A stretch of 62,833 bases of DNA, filler included, from Octopus bimaculoides (lineage: Eukaryota), in the NCBI RefSeq assembly GCF_001194135.2. It is 5 parts of 5 records of this genome, joined end to end, with 100 filler letters (N's around TTAATTAATTAA, not from the genome) between each part and the next. Parts side by side here need not be neighbours in the genome. Positions count along the whole stretch, not along the records: positions 1 to 14,752 come from NC_068995.1; positions 14,853 to 25,925 come from NC_068992.1; positions 26,026 to 50,667 come from NC_068982.1; 2 more parts are not named here. One strand, 5' to 3'. Positions within the stretch are counted from its first letter, which is position 1. Each line of letters opens with the position of its first letter. Below the pieces are notes generated by a model. It worked only from the letters and a program-made list of their open reading frames with translations. It was not told where the DNA came from and searched no databases. Shown in pieces: positions 13,043 through 26,419 of the stretch. The position numbers and the translations under genes were made by a program.

Positions 13043-13168
13043 CTCTAACTCACGGGGCTCGCACACGGGGTGGAGACCTCCGGTGTTCTCGGTCCCCGTA
13101 GCATATCCCTGCTCACCGCTATCGGGGTGGAGATGGCTATTCGTAAGTGCTAGGCCCGTGAGTTAGAG
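13043..13168. repeat. GC-rich 126-bp element bounded by 22-bp inverted repeats
   Basis: ctctaactcacggggctcgcac (13043-13064) vs reverse complement of 13147-13168 (ctctaactcacgggcctagcac): 20/22 match. Confidence 0.75.
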
Positions 13169-13699
13169 CGGCTGTTCCCGCGCCTCTCTCTCTCTCTCTC
13201 GCCATACTCCGGAGATATGTATTTCTGGGAAACTGCATAGTTCGCCTTCCCATAAAGAGGATACAGTCTGAATAATCTAAAATAAAAAGAAAAAAAAAGA
13301 AATCATTGACCTAAATTGCAACTCAAAATGCAACAGCTAATGTTATACCAATTTACTGTTTTTTTACAATTATTGATTCTACACAATTGCAAAGAAGCTT
13401 GAACGATCGTTGATGGTCGTCGTATTAAATTTGTTTTAATGTTTCACATACATACGTACATTCATAAATTCATACATATTTACACATACACACGCACGCA
13501 CGCTCGCACACGCACACGTGCGCGCACGCACGCACACATAATCGGAATGTTTTGGATATTTCTCACTGAGGAGACGAAATTAATTCGAAACTGTCTGGTG
13601 ATCCATCAACATTCTGAATAAAGCCGTATGTTCGTTCATTAGTACATAAATTTCTTGAAGTCGATCTATGCAACATTTTGATCACATATGCAAAGAGCC

Positions 13700-13870
13700 G
13701 GCAGAAATGCAGGCAAGCTTTTGGTCCGACCTGCTTACCGTTCTGCCCGTTCCATTGATATCCTCCGTTAGGATAACTTTATCATGCTTGGGTATTTCTA
13801 TAAGTGCTTCGTTTAATGTCTCATAGAAGCGGTCTTTGTCTTGAATATTGGACGGCAGAGTTTGTAAATA
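13700..13870 (-). mobile_element. RTE-clade LINE AP-endonuclease fragment
   Basis: QDKDRFYETLNEALIEIPKHDKVILTEDIN matches the KDxFYExL..IPKHDxxILxGDFN motif of RTE endonucleases. Confidence 0.8.
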
Positions 13871-14310
13871 TTCACTCAATCATGTGACATTAGCAACTCA
13901 TTAATGTTTACGTAAAAACTCTCTACAAACTATCAGGATTGTCGAAATCAACGGAGATCCCAGATCGTATACGCCACCGCTATCCACAGAATTATTATGA
14001 AAATTAACAGAAAACTTTAACAAACAAAAACTAAAAGAGAAAACTAAATCAGAGAGAAGATTTTAAATAGTAGCATTAGAATAGACAACTTGTTGTTGTT
14101 GTGATTGTTTGGCTGTATGGAAGTCAATCCTGTCGTGACCATCCTATAATTTTTTTCAGGCAAGATCTACCTCATTCTATATTATAAAATGTGTTCTGTT
14201 TTTTGTTTTCTAAAGAAGTTAAGATTTGATACACATAAGATTTAGCTGTACTTTCTAGCTGATTGAGTGGCATACGTAGAGCCTGTTTCTGTGTCACTCA
14301 GTTTCTCTAG

Positions 14311-14384
14311 TGGCTTAATGAGAATGTGATCGTCTTAGTTGCTGTTAGCAACATAGATGAGCTACAGGAAACGGAAGTGTTATC
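14311..14384 (+). CDS. Possible isolated internal exon
   Basis: tttctctag acceptor, 74 nt open in frame (WLNENVIVLVAVSNIDELQETEVL), strong ATC|GTAAGT donor. No homology recognised. Confidence 0.25.
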
Positions 14385-14752
14385 GTAAGTTGCTTCATTT
14401 AGCTCAGTCTGATATTTCTAATCAACTGTGGTGGTGGTGATGATGATAGTGGTGGTGGTGGTTGTGGTGGTGGTGATGGTGATGATGATGGTGGTGCTGG
14501 TGGTGGTGGTAGTTATGGTGATGGCGGTGATGGTGGTAATGATTTTAATGCAAGAATTAGTGGTGATGAAGGTGCTGGAGGAGCTGGTGATGGAGTTGGT
14601 GATAGCGGTGGATGTGGTAGTGGAAGTGGTGGTGGCCATGATGGTGGCAATGGTGGTGGTGGCGCAGGTTGTTGTTGGTGTTAATATGATGGTGGTCGTG
14701 GTGGTGTTGGTGGTGTGGGTGTTGGTGATATTTATGGTGTCGGTGTTGGTGG

Positions 14753-14852
14753 NNNNNNNNNNNNNNNNNNNNNNNNNNNNNNNNNNNNNNNNNNNNTTAA
14801 TTAATTAANNNNNNNNNNNNNNNNNNNNNNNNNNNNNNNNNNNNNNNNNNNN
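14753..14852. other. Artificial scaffold-join spacer N44-TTAATTAATTAA-N44
   Basis: Exactly 100 nt; the 12-mer gives TAA stops in all six frames; identical to three other spacers. Confidence 0.95.
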
Positions 14853-15499
14853 ATATATATATATATATATATATAGGAAGATCTTGTATATGAAGAAACG
14901 CTAGTGCAATTAAACAAACAGCAAATGGCACCTTGTGTAACTTCTGCGTCATTTATATTGTTTCAACTTTCAGGATAATGTTTCCCTCTAGCCGGTCTCT
15001 TAAACTGTATGACGAGTCATGGGTAACACCTTACCTCCTTAAGCTAATTAAAAGGGGATATAAAAGGAATATGATATTTTCCATTCCATGAGACAATGAT
15101 ACATCTACAGGGATAATATTGACAACACAATGAATACTAATTATGACAACGTTAATATGATTTGAAATAATGCCATAATTTTTATAATAGTAATCACATA
15201 TCACTGTTATTATTTTGTGTAGGTGAATAATTGACCCCCAGAAACATCGGTGTTATATTCATAAACAAAGCATATTCAGTGGCCTTCTGAATAGAACGGC
15301 TGATCAACTTGAAGGAAGTTCTAACTAGGCCCCAGGTGCAATGTCAAGCTCTGATCCAGCATCAATTTTATGGTTAGTGGAGCTCTTTCACTCAACGGTG
15401 ACCCTTGGCCATTCGATATGACTCTTTCGTTTGATATGGTGTTGGTATAACATCTTCCAGAGGAAACCCTGATTGAAAATAATATTAATAGTAAAGATA

Positions 15500-16095
15500 A
15501 GCGAAGAAAAAAGCAGAGGAACAAGAAAGAGAAGAGGAAAGTAAGGGGAGGGGAATGGAGAAGAAGAGGAGGAGAGGGAGACGAGGAGAGGAGGCTAAGG
15601 AGATGAATAGGAGAGGAGGAGAGCAAGAGGGTAAGGAGATGAATAGGAGAGGAGGAGTACAAGAGGCGGAGGAGTAAAAGAGGCGGAGGGGAACAAGAGT
15701 CAGAGCAGAGGAGGAAGGGAGGGTAGGACGATATGCAGCAAGAAGGAGAGAAGCGTGAGGAGGGGGACAAGGGAAAGAGTCAGAGGAGGTGGGGAGAATG
15801 GAAAGAGTCAGAGGAGGAGGGGAGAAGGGAAAAAGTCATAGGAGGAGGGGGAGAAGAGAAAGAGTCAGAGGAGGAGAGGGAAAAGGGAATGAGTCAGAGG
15901 AGAAGGCGAGAAGGGGGACGTGAAGAAGAAGATAGCTGGGAAAGTTGTGGAGGAGGAGGAGTTAGATGGGAAAACGAGGTGGGTAAAGAGAGGGAGTAGG
16001 AGGTGGGAAGGAGAAAGAGGAGGAAGAGGAGGAGAGGAGGAAGAGGAGGAAGTGGAGGAAGAGGGGGAAGGGGAGGAGAGGAGGAGGAGGATTCA
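15500..16095. repeat. GA-rich polypurine tract
   Basis: Directly visible, with recurring gagtcagaggag units. Confidence 0.9.
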
Positions 16096-16764
16096 AAGTT
16101 AAAGAGAATGAAGAGTAACAATAGAATTGTATATAATAGTTGACAATAGGCAGACCGGAAGGAGGTATCATGAAAAATTTCTGTTATTTATAATTACTTG
16201 AAGCTCGATAAATGTAAATTAAGAATTAAAAATGAAGTAAAATGCTTGAGAAATCTTGTAAAAGAAGCTGGTTCAGAATTTTTCAGCTCTGTTCTATTGT
16301 GAAGTAGCAGTAAGTTTTTGTTTGACGTTATTATTGCGTTAGAAATGGTTCCTGTTAATGTTGTCACTTTGTTTCTATTGTCTCGTCGGAATACAAAATA
16401 CAAAAAACTTATTTATTGATATGAAGTGTGCCTTCACTCAAACGTTTCAATAAGCAATCATATAAAATTTCATATTGAGCTAATAATTATTACACCAATA
16501 TCTAAATGAAAAAAAACATACGCATTGTGTTTTATAAAGTTTTATTTGGGAAATAACGGTCGAAGTTTAAAAAGAAATTTTTATATGCTTGCACTATTTG
16601 TAGAGGTGAAATATTTGAACATTGCTCCCATTATCGTGCAAACATTGAAGTGATACATGATATATGTATAATCTGTAACGCTGTCCCTGTTTTTGGTAAT
16701 AGACAAAATGGAAGAATTCACAAATATAATCATAATACTTTTTACCTGCGCTTACATAGCTATT

Positions 16765-17148
16765 AGTGGAGGCGCAATGGCCCAGTGGTTAGGGCAGCGG
16801 ACTCGCGGTCATAGGATTGCGGTGTCGATTCCCTGACTGGGCGTTATGAGTGCTTATTGAGCGAAAACGCCTAAAAGCTCCACAAGGCTCTTGCCGGGAA
16901 TGATGGCGAACGTTGCTGTACTCTTTCACCACAACTTTCTCTCACTCTTTCTTCCTGTTTCTGTTGTGCCTGTAATTCAAAGTGTCAGCCTTGTCACACT
17001 GTGTCACGCTGAATATCCTCGAGAACAACGTTAAGGGTACACGTGTCTGTGGAGTGCTCAGCCTCTTGCACGTTAATTTCAGGAGGAGGTTGTTCCGTTG
17101 ATCGGATCAACTGGAACCCTCGATGTCGTAAGCGACGGAGTGCCAACA
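16765..17148 (+). mobile_element. Full-length tRNA-derived SINE with 11-bp TSD
   Basis: A box tggcccagtgg, B-box-like gtgtcgattccc, (caa) tail; identical flanks acatagctatt at 16754-16764 and 17149-17159. Confidence 0.92.
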
Positions 17149-19128
17149 ACATAGCTATTGCGTAGTAAACATCTTCGAGTAGTTAATAAACTTGAGATAA
17201 GCACATCGTTTCCCTGTAACCTATGGTGGCGTTGTTGTTTCAGGTGGCTAAATTGTTTAAAGAGAGGAGGAGAATCTATTATGTTCGAAGAATAATACAG
17301 AGAGAGATGTATTACGCGAAAATTAGGAGATACATTGCGGAACTGTTATTTTAACGAATTATATCTGTTTATTACCCGAAAAGACATGCTTGCACCGTCG
17401 GATGTTCCTGAATATGTTGTTACGTAGTCCACCCGTGAGGGGATCGATGCTAGATGCTTCTAAACAATTGTCGTGAGTAATAAAAATTCTCGTATGTTCC
17501 ATATTCCGTCTTGATATATTATCTATATATAGAGATAGATATAATTTGCCTCTGGCTTAAACAGTTTAGGGATAACGGAACCCCTTTAGTGGTGAGCTAT
17601 GCTATTAATATTCTGATAGCGTAATAGTATTCTAGAACTATGTAGATTTCGACAGATAAGGGCTTAGGAGAGAATAATTATTAAATAAAGTGCCCTGTAT
17701 CAACGTATTAAAAGTGAAACAACATATCCAGTTTTATTTATGTTTCAAGGACACACACACACATAGTAAAAGTGGACCAAAGAAGATTGTTTTCATAATG
17801 GAGCCGAACACCTTTCTCCATGTGATCGGCTTGAAAAATTATGAAGATACTTCGATATTTCCCACTCTTCGTTACATGAAACCAATGGTAGCCTTAATTC
17901 AAGAAATAAAGAAATTATATATATATATATNNNNNNNNNNNNNNNNNNNNNNNNNNNNNNNNNNNNNNNNNNNNNNNNNNNNNNNNNNNNNNNNNNNNNN
18001 NNNNNNNNNNNNNNNNNNNNNNNNNNNTATATATATACCATTACGCGTTTAGTCAAACAGATAGGTGTACGTAAACATGGAAATTTAGGGCATTCCAGAG
18101 GATGTTTTTATGTCCTCACATGAACGTAGACGACATAAGGAAAATTGTGCTACTGGATAGTAGTCCATGTTAGCTTTAATCGCGCCTTGATTTAACATTC
18201 CCTCTCATATACGCCGCAGATAATGTTGAAATAATAAAACATTCTGTTCCATTTACAATTTTGAAAACAAATGATTGTTTTCAGCTTAAGTTATTGGCAA
18301 TGTAATTTTCGTAATCAAATAGGTAATGAATCAAAGACAGGCGATTGTTCATTCATTGTATCTACTAGTTGAACATATGTAGCCGTATTAGAAATGTCTA
18401 TGCTACATACTTGAAAATGATATAATTAAAGCTGAAATGGGAACGCTAGTCAGTCGTAAGTTTTAGTTAATAGTCAATTTTTCCACATTTATTGTTGTAA
18501 TATCTTACTGATGCTTACACAAAATGCTGAAAATATCACAAAGGACTGACGTTGTGAATCACATTTCCAAGTTATATGAAGTGACACAACCACCTTACAA
18601 ATTGCTTCACTCAATCAGCTTACTGAGGATTTCTTACTTAATGCGCTTATCACAAAGATAATAAGCGAATCTAAAAAATAAACAGAAAGCATCGTTCCAC
18701 GATGGTATTTTTCAGCAATGGAAATCACGTAAGTCGTTTTCAATGTTCATATCTTTGCCTTAGGAATTGTTAACTGCTTATAAATTTATTTTTCTATTTT
18801 GAGGTTGCTTGTTGAAGGATTATTTTAACTGTAAAGATTACGATGTGAAAACCGTAATGACAGAATAGATTGTGGAAGTGTTTCTGGCAAGAATAGAAGG
18901 TTTGAATTCATATCATCTGAATTATGCTGAATAACAAATGTCACATTTTCGCCATATCGAAATCTGATACATTTTACTCATGTGATCTTTATAACATGCA
19001 AGACTATTAAACAATTAATGTATCAGCAAGTAACTCTGTATCATAAACTCTGACGCACCGTTAACCCATTTATAGAAGTTATATCAATTAATCGATTAAC
19101 TCAGTATCTAAATTTCATATACATTATA

Positions 19129-20761
19129 CATTATCGCCCATAATATACGTGTCAATAAGAACAAGTGTATTGAAATATTTATTATATAAGATTAACAAAA
19201 CATTGAGACTATATATTTGACACATATTTAGTCATAACTAACCTCTATCTTTCGTTAATATTTCTTAAGTTATGAGGAAATAAACACATAATCTTCCAAA
19301 CTGCAACGACGAAAATTTAAGGTTCACTTAGAAAAAAAAAGGGAAAATGGAACAAGAGCAAAAAGAAACCCTTACTATTAATATTTTATGAACATCCCTT
19401 TACTATCAATGGTCTCCTGACATTTATTACCACTGAACTGAAATAACTTCTTGTAAAATGATGGAGTAATATTGTTCCATTCGATTTTTAAATAATTCTC
19501 AGTGTTCTTCTCGGTTCTTTTGGTTTTCTCCTTCGTGTCCCATCTCCAATAATATTCCAAACGTTTTCTATAGAGTTGAGATCGGGACTCTGAAATGGCC
19601 AGTCCATGAGATCGATCCCTTCATCACTGAAAAAATGTTTGACTCTCTTCGCAATGTGAAAGGAAGCATTGTCCTGCACGAAGATAGGAGGTTGAACTGA
19701 CGAGGATCGGAGATGTGGAAGGGCATGCTGTCTAAGAATACGCTTGTAGATTTCAGCATTGACAGTTTATTGTAGGCAAATAAGTGGACCCGGACCAGCA
19801 GCAGAGATCACTCACCATACCCTTAGTATTAAAAGTACATTGCCTCCTCCACATTTCCGTATCTTCTTCACACATGCACGAGATAACCGTTCGCTACTTC
19901 TTCGTCGGACGTACATCCCGCCGTCGGAAACAATTACATCAAGCTTTGATTCTTCGATAAAATGGAGCCGCGACCACTGTTCTTCTGCCTAAACGACATG
20001 TTCGTGAGAGAAACGAAAACGGACTCTTTGGTTCTTCTTGGAGATCAGAGGTTTCTTTGCCGGTTCACGAGCAAGCAAACCATACACTTGTAACCTCCGA
20101 GAAACTGTTTTGCGCGATATGTTGACATCAGAGGTGGAGTTAGACTCGTGGGATGTCTCAGCAGCACTCTTAAACCTATCCTTCAGTGACATTCTAATCA
20201 TAAAACAATCCTGTCTTGGTGAAGTTTTACGAGGTCTACGAGTTTTGGGTTTAGCATCTGTCGATCCTGATGACTTAAAACTAGCTACAATTCGTTGCAC
20301 AGCGCTTCTCGACCTTCCTACAGTAGTTGCTATCACAGACGTTGACATACCCTCTCGGTGAATGCACACAATACAGAGTTTTCATCACAGGACAGCGATC
20401 GTCTCTCACAAGCCGCCAAGTAAAGAGTTGAATTTTCCAATAATGTAAGATCATAAGAAGGAACTGTTACCCCATTAGGAGTCTTCTAAACAACAAATAT
20501 CTTGGATAGTAGTTCATTTTTTCTAAGTGACCCTTTACTTTTGGCCGTTGCAATTTGGAACATTGTTTATTTCCTCATAACTTACCAAATATTAATTCGA
20601 TATACTTGAAATTTTCATGAAAAATATATTTTAAATATATCTATGTAGATATATCTATTTAGACATATGTTGAATATATTGTCTCAAGGTGTTGTCAATC
20701 TTCTATAATACCTATTTCAATAAACTTGTTCTTACTGACAGTTATATTATGACTGCTACTG
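19129..20761 (-). mobile_element. Full-length decayed Tc1-family (DD34E) transposon, 1633 bp, long TIRs, TA TSD
   Basis: HTH part (GRSRSAVQRIV..RRPRKTSPRQD..SRKTVSRRL) at 20369-19989; catalytic QDNASFH..WPFQSPDLNSIENVW at 19679-19488. 19129-19336 is an inverted match to about 20517-20761. TA at 19127-19128 and 20762-20763. Confidence 0.93.
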
Positions 20762-23755
20762 TACATTAGCGGATCGGAAAGCTCTTCTTATGTGAATATG
20801 TTTCTACTGTTAATTCATTGTTTAACTCTTGCTTAGCATATCGAAATTACCGTTGATAATATTTATGCCCTGGCCATTTGTCTGAGAAAAGCATTCAAGC
20901 ATTCGTTTCAAATTTCTATTTAGGTAGAACTTACCATCTTACAAACGAAAATTTAACCAGACTGTTATTAACTATAAGGTCTACTATGGTTCGCCGTTCT
21001 TTTCAACGGGAATCGTACATATGTTACACAATATACGAATAATTATGGCTTCTTTTATAAGATTATTTCTTTAAATAATTTAGCAATTATGGTGTATTCA
21101 ATTAAATATTTGTTTCTCTTTAATATGTAGGTTAAGGAACGCATGGATGTGATGAACGCTAATTTCCATTCTTTAGCGTGGAAATGTCATTCTCGAAACT
21201 GCTAATAAAGTTGGGGCATGAGGATAAAGTTTTCATGCATGAATATATATCTATAATACATATTTATGATTACAGAATTTTTCTTCAAGCTAACCTCTCA
21301 ATTTCCACTATTTCATGTGATTTTGTGTGGGTGATATATAAACTCAGTCTAAACTAAAAGTAGATAAAATGTTTCTTGATACATTGCAGACAAGTATAAG
21401 ATCATCAGTTACTAGTATCCTTCGATCGTCGCAATATTTTACATACATTTTGCATTCTGTTTCTTAATACTTTCTGCAGATATTGTAAATATTTTGTGTT
21501 AGACTGGGTTTTATCATTTATGGACAATTCTAAGTGATATGATTATTTGAACAGAGAACGAAGTATATTCCTGAAGCAATGCAGCCTTATATCATCCACC
21601 CTACATCTAGGGGTTTCTATCATATTCACATATTACATAATGGTGCATTGTTTTAAAAAAATATTATATAACCATAAATCTGATTTGAATTATCCAAGGC
21701 ACGTTTTCCCAAATCTCATAACTTTCCGAAATAGCAGTGAAGCTGCCACGTTACATTTTCTTGTTCTATAATATGTGTATCATATTATATAATTTACCCT
21801 AACAATATAGAAAATTTGGGATGGTAATACGTTAAGTTATTTTCGCTATTGGGAACCTTTCGTAATGTTTTCCTGAAACTAAACCACAGAATCACGTACT
21901 GCGGCAAGTATGCCACAGTTGTCGTGTAGCAATATCATATCATAGATTTCTGTTGATCCTTTTATTCAATGATCATCTTCATGATAGTCCATTTATATAT
22001 GAAACAAGTAACTCTTATTACACACAATTATTATAAATACACCATACATAGACATAATTGCTTTAATGAAGCAATCCAAGAAGCAGAGATATTAAAGATT
22101 TCGGTGGGAGAGTTTTAAGATGACAATTAGTCGGACATATTGCCATGTTTAATGAGCGTTTTTTTTTTTCGAAACTTTTAAGATTATGTAAAACATTATG
22201 TAAAGTAGTAATTTAGCCTTTCATTTACAATGAGTTGCAAACATGAGAGAAAACAGTCCACTAAATACTAGGGAGGGATTAGTATTCATGAGTTTCACAG
22301 TCACTGGTGCGTTTTGAACAGTGTACTATTTCAAGTGAAAATTTCGTCATCAACAATGCATAAGGCATGGCGGATATTTTCATTACATGGATATTATAAG
22401 ATGGACATTCATTATATGTGTATCTATAATGCAATTACCATAGCAATATTTCATGTTATACGCGTACGACTAACTGCTTGTGGAAAATTTTCAAATAACC
22501 TATATTATAACCCAAAAATATCAACAGCTAAAGCATGCGATAGTTAACAAGTAATGATTATTGTATAGTTTCTATGCGGGTTCCGTTCTCTACCCAAAGG
22601 ATTCATGAAATTTCGACGTACTTTATGAGTTTTGTGCGGTTCACGTTTGTATAATTTACTGAATATGATTTACATAGTTCCGAAAATCTTATATCATTAT
22701 ATCTGATTACACATGCAAAATCTTGAAACGTAGGCAAACCAAGCAATTGAATAAGAATGAATATAACCTGCATTTCAGTTATTTAGACATTAGTCATCAA
22801 AATATATAAATCTCAGTAACGCACACGTTATTTGGTAGGATTCATTACCATTATTGGTCGAAGCACACCAATATACAGAAAATGCAGAAATGCGTGATGA
22901 GAGGAAATGCTAATTGATATAGCTAGGAATTCATTACAGAACATATTACCTTGAGACTGAGGAATAAAACATATAGAAAATGTTTTTGATAACAAGTCAT
23001 GTCTATTAGAAGTTTTACGTGTGGTTCACTGTGTACATCCGACAAGAAAACTGATTGGTTTAGACAATGCAATACAAAACCAGAAAAGTAATTCAGTGTC
23101 AAATTACAACTTTGAAGGCTGACATGTACAGAGAGCTGCATATTTACATGATGGAATAAATAATTTCTTGGTGATCCACATATCATTATCAACGCAAAAT
23201 TTCATGACATGTTTAATAGCTCCAAGGAACTGCTATTTCCTCAAAGTGTTTTTGCAACACATCACAGCAATCGTGTAAGGATATCATTAATTAGTCAAGT
23301 GGTTCATAGATGCATATATATATATGTGTGTGTGTTTTCGTGTTTCTGGATGCGTGGGTGTATCTATATAAGCACACATACAAATGTTGTATCTAAACTT
23401 ATGTATTTACATTTATACACTTACAGACACGCACACCCACACTCACACACACATACACACACACATATATATATATGATTCAGTTATAGTATTCTTAATG
23501 ATCAAGGTATTTTAATATTCACGACACCAGGAAAGGGTGGAGTTTAGCAGATACGTATGTGTACCACACACATATTTTTCCATATATGCATAGACATAGA
23601 CACATGAGATTCACGATCAAATGTCAGTTTTAGAGTCGGTATGAGGAAGATTCAGCACAGCTGTTTGAAACGCATTTTATTGATGAATAGTTCGATTACA
23701 AAGAATGCATGAAGAAAAAAGTTTCAATCAGCTGATCAAAACCTAATTAGGAGAA

Positions 23756-23850
23756 TGGATTCCAAAGAATAAGTCCCGGGGTCGATCTTCTCGACTAAAG
23801 TCGGTGCTCCAGCATGGCCGCAGTCAAATGACTGAAACAAGTAAAACAGT
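23756..23850 (+). mobile_element. SINE type A tail
   Basis: aagaataagtcccggggtcgatcttctcgactaaagtcggtgctccagcatggccgcagtcaaatgactgaaacaagtaaaa. Confidence 0.85.
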
Positions 23851-24926
23851 AATATATGTATATACATATATATCTCTGCAGAAAATAATTTCTGCATCGA
23901 ATTTACAGACTTTGAGAACGTGATTATGGTTAATTAAAATAATAGGGTAAAAAAATTTGATATTAATTAATATCAATTTAATTTATANNNNNNNNNNNNN
24001 NNNNNNNNNNNNNNNNNNNNNNNNNNNNNNNNNNNNNNNNNNNNNNNNNNNNNNNNNNNNNNNNNNNNNNNNNNNNNNNNNNNNNNNNNNNNNNNNNNNN
24101 NNNNNNNNNNNNNNNNNNNNNNNNNNNNNNNNNNNNNNNNNNNNNNNNNNNNNNNNNNNNNNNNNNNNNNNNNNNNNNNNNNNNNNNNNNNNNNNNNNNN
24201 NNNNNNNNNNNNNNNNNNNNNNNNNNNNNNNNNNNNNNNNNNNNNNNNNNNNNNNNNNNNNNNNNNNNNNNNNNNNNNNNNNNNNNNNNNNNNNNNNNNN
24301 NNNNNNNNNNNNNNNNNNNNNNNNNNNNNNNNNNNNNNNNNNNNNNNNNNNNNNNNNNNNNNNNNNNNNNNNNNNNNNNNNNNNNNNNNNNNNNNNNNNN
24401 NNNNNNNNNNNNNNNNNNNNNNNNNNNNNNNNNNNNNNNNNNNNNNNNNNNNNNNNNNNNNNNNNNNNNNNNNNNNNNNNNNNNNNNNNNNNNNNNNNNN
24501 NNNNNNNNNNNNNNNNNNNNNNNNNNNNNNNNNNNNNNNNNNNNNNNNNNNNNNNNNNNNNNNNNNNNNNNNNNNNNNNNNNNNNNNNNNNNNNNNNNNN
24601 NNNNNNNNNNNNNNNNNNNNNNNNNNNNNNNNNNNNNNNNNNNNNNNNNNNNNNNNNNNNNNNNNNNNNNNNNNNNNNNNNNNNNNNNNNNNNNNNNNNN
24701 NNNNNNNNNNNNNNNNNNNNNNNNNNNNNNNNNNNNNNNNNNNNNNNNNNNNNNNNNNNNNNNNNNNNNNNNNNNNNNNNNNNNNNNNNNNNNNNNNNNN
24801 NNNNNNNNNNNNNNNNNNNNNNNNNNNNNNNNNNNNNNNNNNNNNNNNNNNNNNNNNNNNNNNNNNNNNNNNNNNNNNNNNNNNNNNNNNNNNNNNNNNT
24901 ATATATATATATATATATATACAGAG

Positions 24927-24994
<68 letters not shown>

Positions 24995-25214
24995 CTTACT
25001 TGGAACAGGATGCGTGGTGTTCGGTCATATAATAATATAATAATATATAAATATGTGCATATATACATACATATATGTAAATACCTACATACATATGTAT
25101 ATATAATGCATATATGAGTACAGGACATCAAAAAAACATAGACACAATGAGAAAGGAAAACATAAGGCAAAATCATAAAAAAAACGAACTCTTTTTCCAA
25201 CAACCAAAAATATG

Positions 25215-25709
25215 CAGTTGTCCCGTTTCATCTACTCCGCGTTTCGAAGGTAAGGACAATACGTGACTCCGTTAAAACAGTCCTTCCCGCAAAGCAAATT
25301 AAATTAAATTTAGTATTTTTTGCGGAGGGCAGAAGTGATAACAAAAACAGGACAGTGAGAACAAGACAGTAAAAATAAACGGTGGGAGCTGTTACGCCAA
25401 GACGATGTGAAGATCATGAACGCTAGAAGAACGAGCTTTGAGAAGACAAAGGTAAAAGCCCGTTTGTCTTTAGAAAAGAAGTGGAAGAAAGAAAGATAAA
25501 TGGCATTTCGTCACGTGTCAGCAAAGAGAGAGTCATGGAGGGTGTGTGATAGGGAGAGAGGAAACGGTGAAGGGGAGAGGAAATGAAAAGGGAATACGAC
25601 AGAAAAACAGAAAGGAAGAAGGACAAGAGAGGGAAATAAATAAACAGAGAAGGGGTAGAATAGTGTTCTTACCATCGAAACACGGAGGAGATGAAACAGG
25701 GGACAACTG
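25215..25709. mobile_element. 495-bp non-autonomous TIR element (MITE), about 45-bp TIRs
   Basis: cagttgtcccgtttcatctactccgcgtttcgaaggtaaggac vs gttcttaccatcgaaacacggaggagatgaaacaggggacaactg; ATG on both flanks. Confidence 0.75.
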
Positions 25710-25925
25710 ATGAATGGAATGTTCTTCATGTTGCATGTCTCGTTTCTCTGTTTTCTTTTTTCGATGTTCGCATAAAGTTGGTTTTCTGTGCTTTTGTTTT
25801 GCTCTCGTTTTTCCTTGTGCCTACGCTTTTTTTTATGTCCTGTACCCATATATGCATGTATATATACATATATATGTAGCTATGTGTATATATGTATACA
25901 TATATGCATATATTTATATATTATT

Positions 25926-26025
25926 NNNNNNNNNNNNNNNNNNNNNNNNNNNNNNNNNNNNNNNNNNNNTTAATTAATTAANNNNNNNNNNNNNNNNNNN
26001 NNNNNNNNNNNNNNNNNNNNNNNNN
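25926..26025. other. Artificial scaffold-join spacer
   Basis: N44-TTAATTAATTAA-N44. Confidence 0.95.
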
Positions 26026-26244
26026 AACTGTATGTTGGCTGCTCAAGAGTGGGCAGCAAAAAAACCTATTTGTATATGCACCACAAGGGAAAACAAGGAA
26101 CATTGTTTACAACGAGGTGTTATAATCACAACAGCAAGAAAGTATGTACATGATCACCTTCTTTTACGAAACTTCATTGACTTTCATATATTTATATTGA
26201 TATACATATATATACGTGTGTTTGGGTGCGTGTGTGTATATACA

Positions 26245-26335
26245 TCTCTATATATAAAGATGATGCGTAGTCTAGACGGCGTTTTTAGATTTCATTATTC
26301 TCTTTAACCCAGGCAACGCCGGGTATTTCTGCTAG
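26245..26335 (+). mobile_element. 91-bp non-autonomous Helitron
   Basis: A|TCTCTATATATAAA 5' end, subterminal hairpin cccaggcaacgccggg, 3' CTAG|T; inserted in an AT dinucleotide with no TSD. Confidence 0.75.
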
Positions 26336-26419
26336 TATATATATATTTATACATATGCATAGTATATATATCATGTATATTATATACATATATATATTAT
26401 ATGTATATTATATATATAT

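Noticed and set aside
15321-15470. Possible minus-strand exon (ttttcaatcag acceptor; FPLEDVIPTPYQTKESYRMAKGHR)
   Set aside because: It hits a stop without a convincing donor and has no recognisable homology.
16768-16840. tRNA-like sequences here and at 55590-55670
   Set aside because: They have A/B boxes but no complete cloverleaf, and they run into SINE bodies (with a TSD in the first case).
17240-23300. Scattered acceptor/donor-like signals (e.g. 17240, 18455, 18729, 21135) and at 61328-61518
   Set aside because: No sustained open frame between paired sites; cannot be distinguished from background without RNA data.
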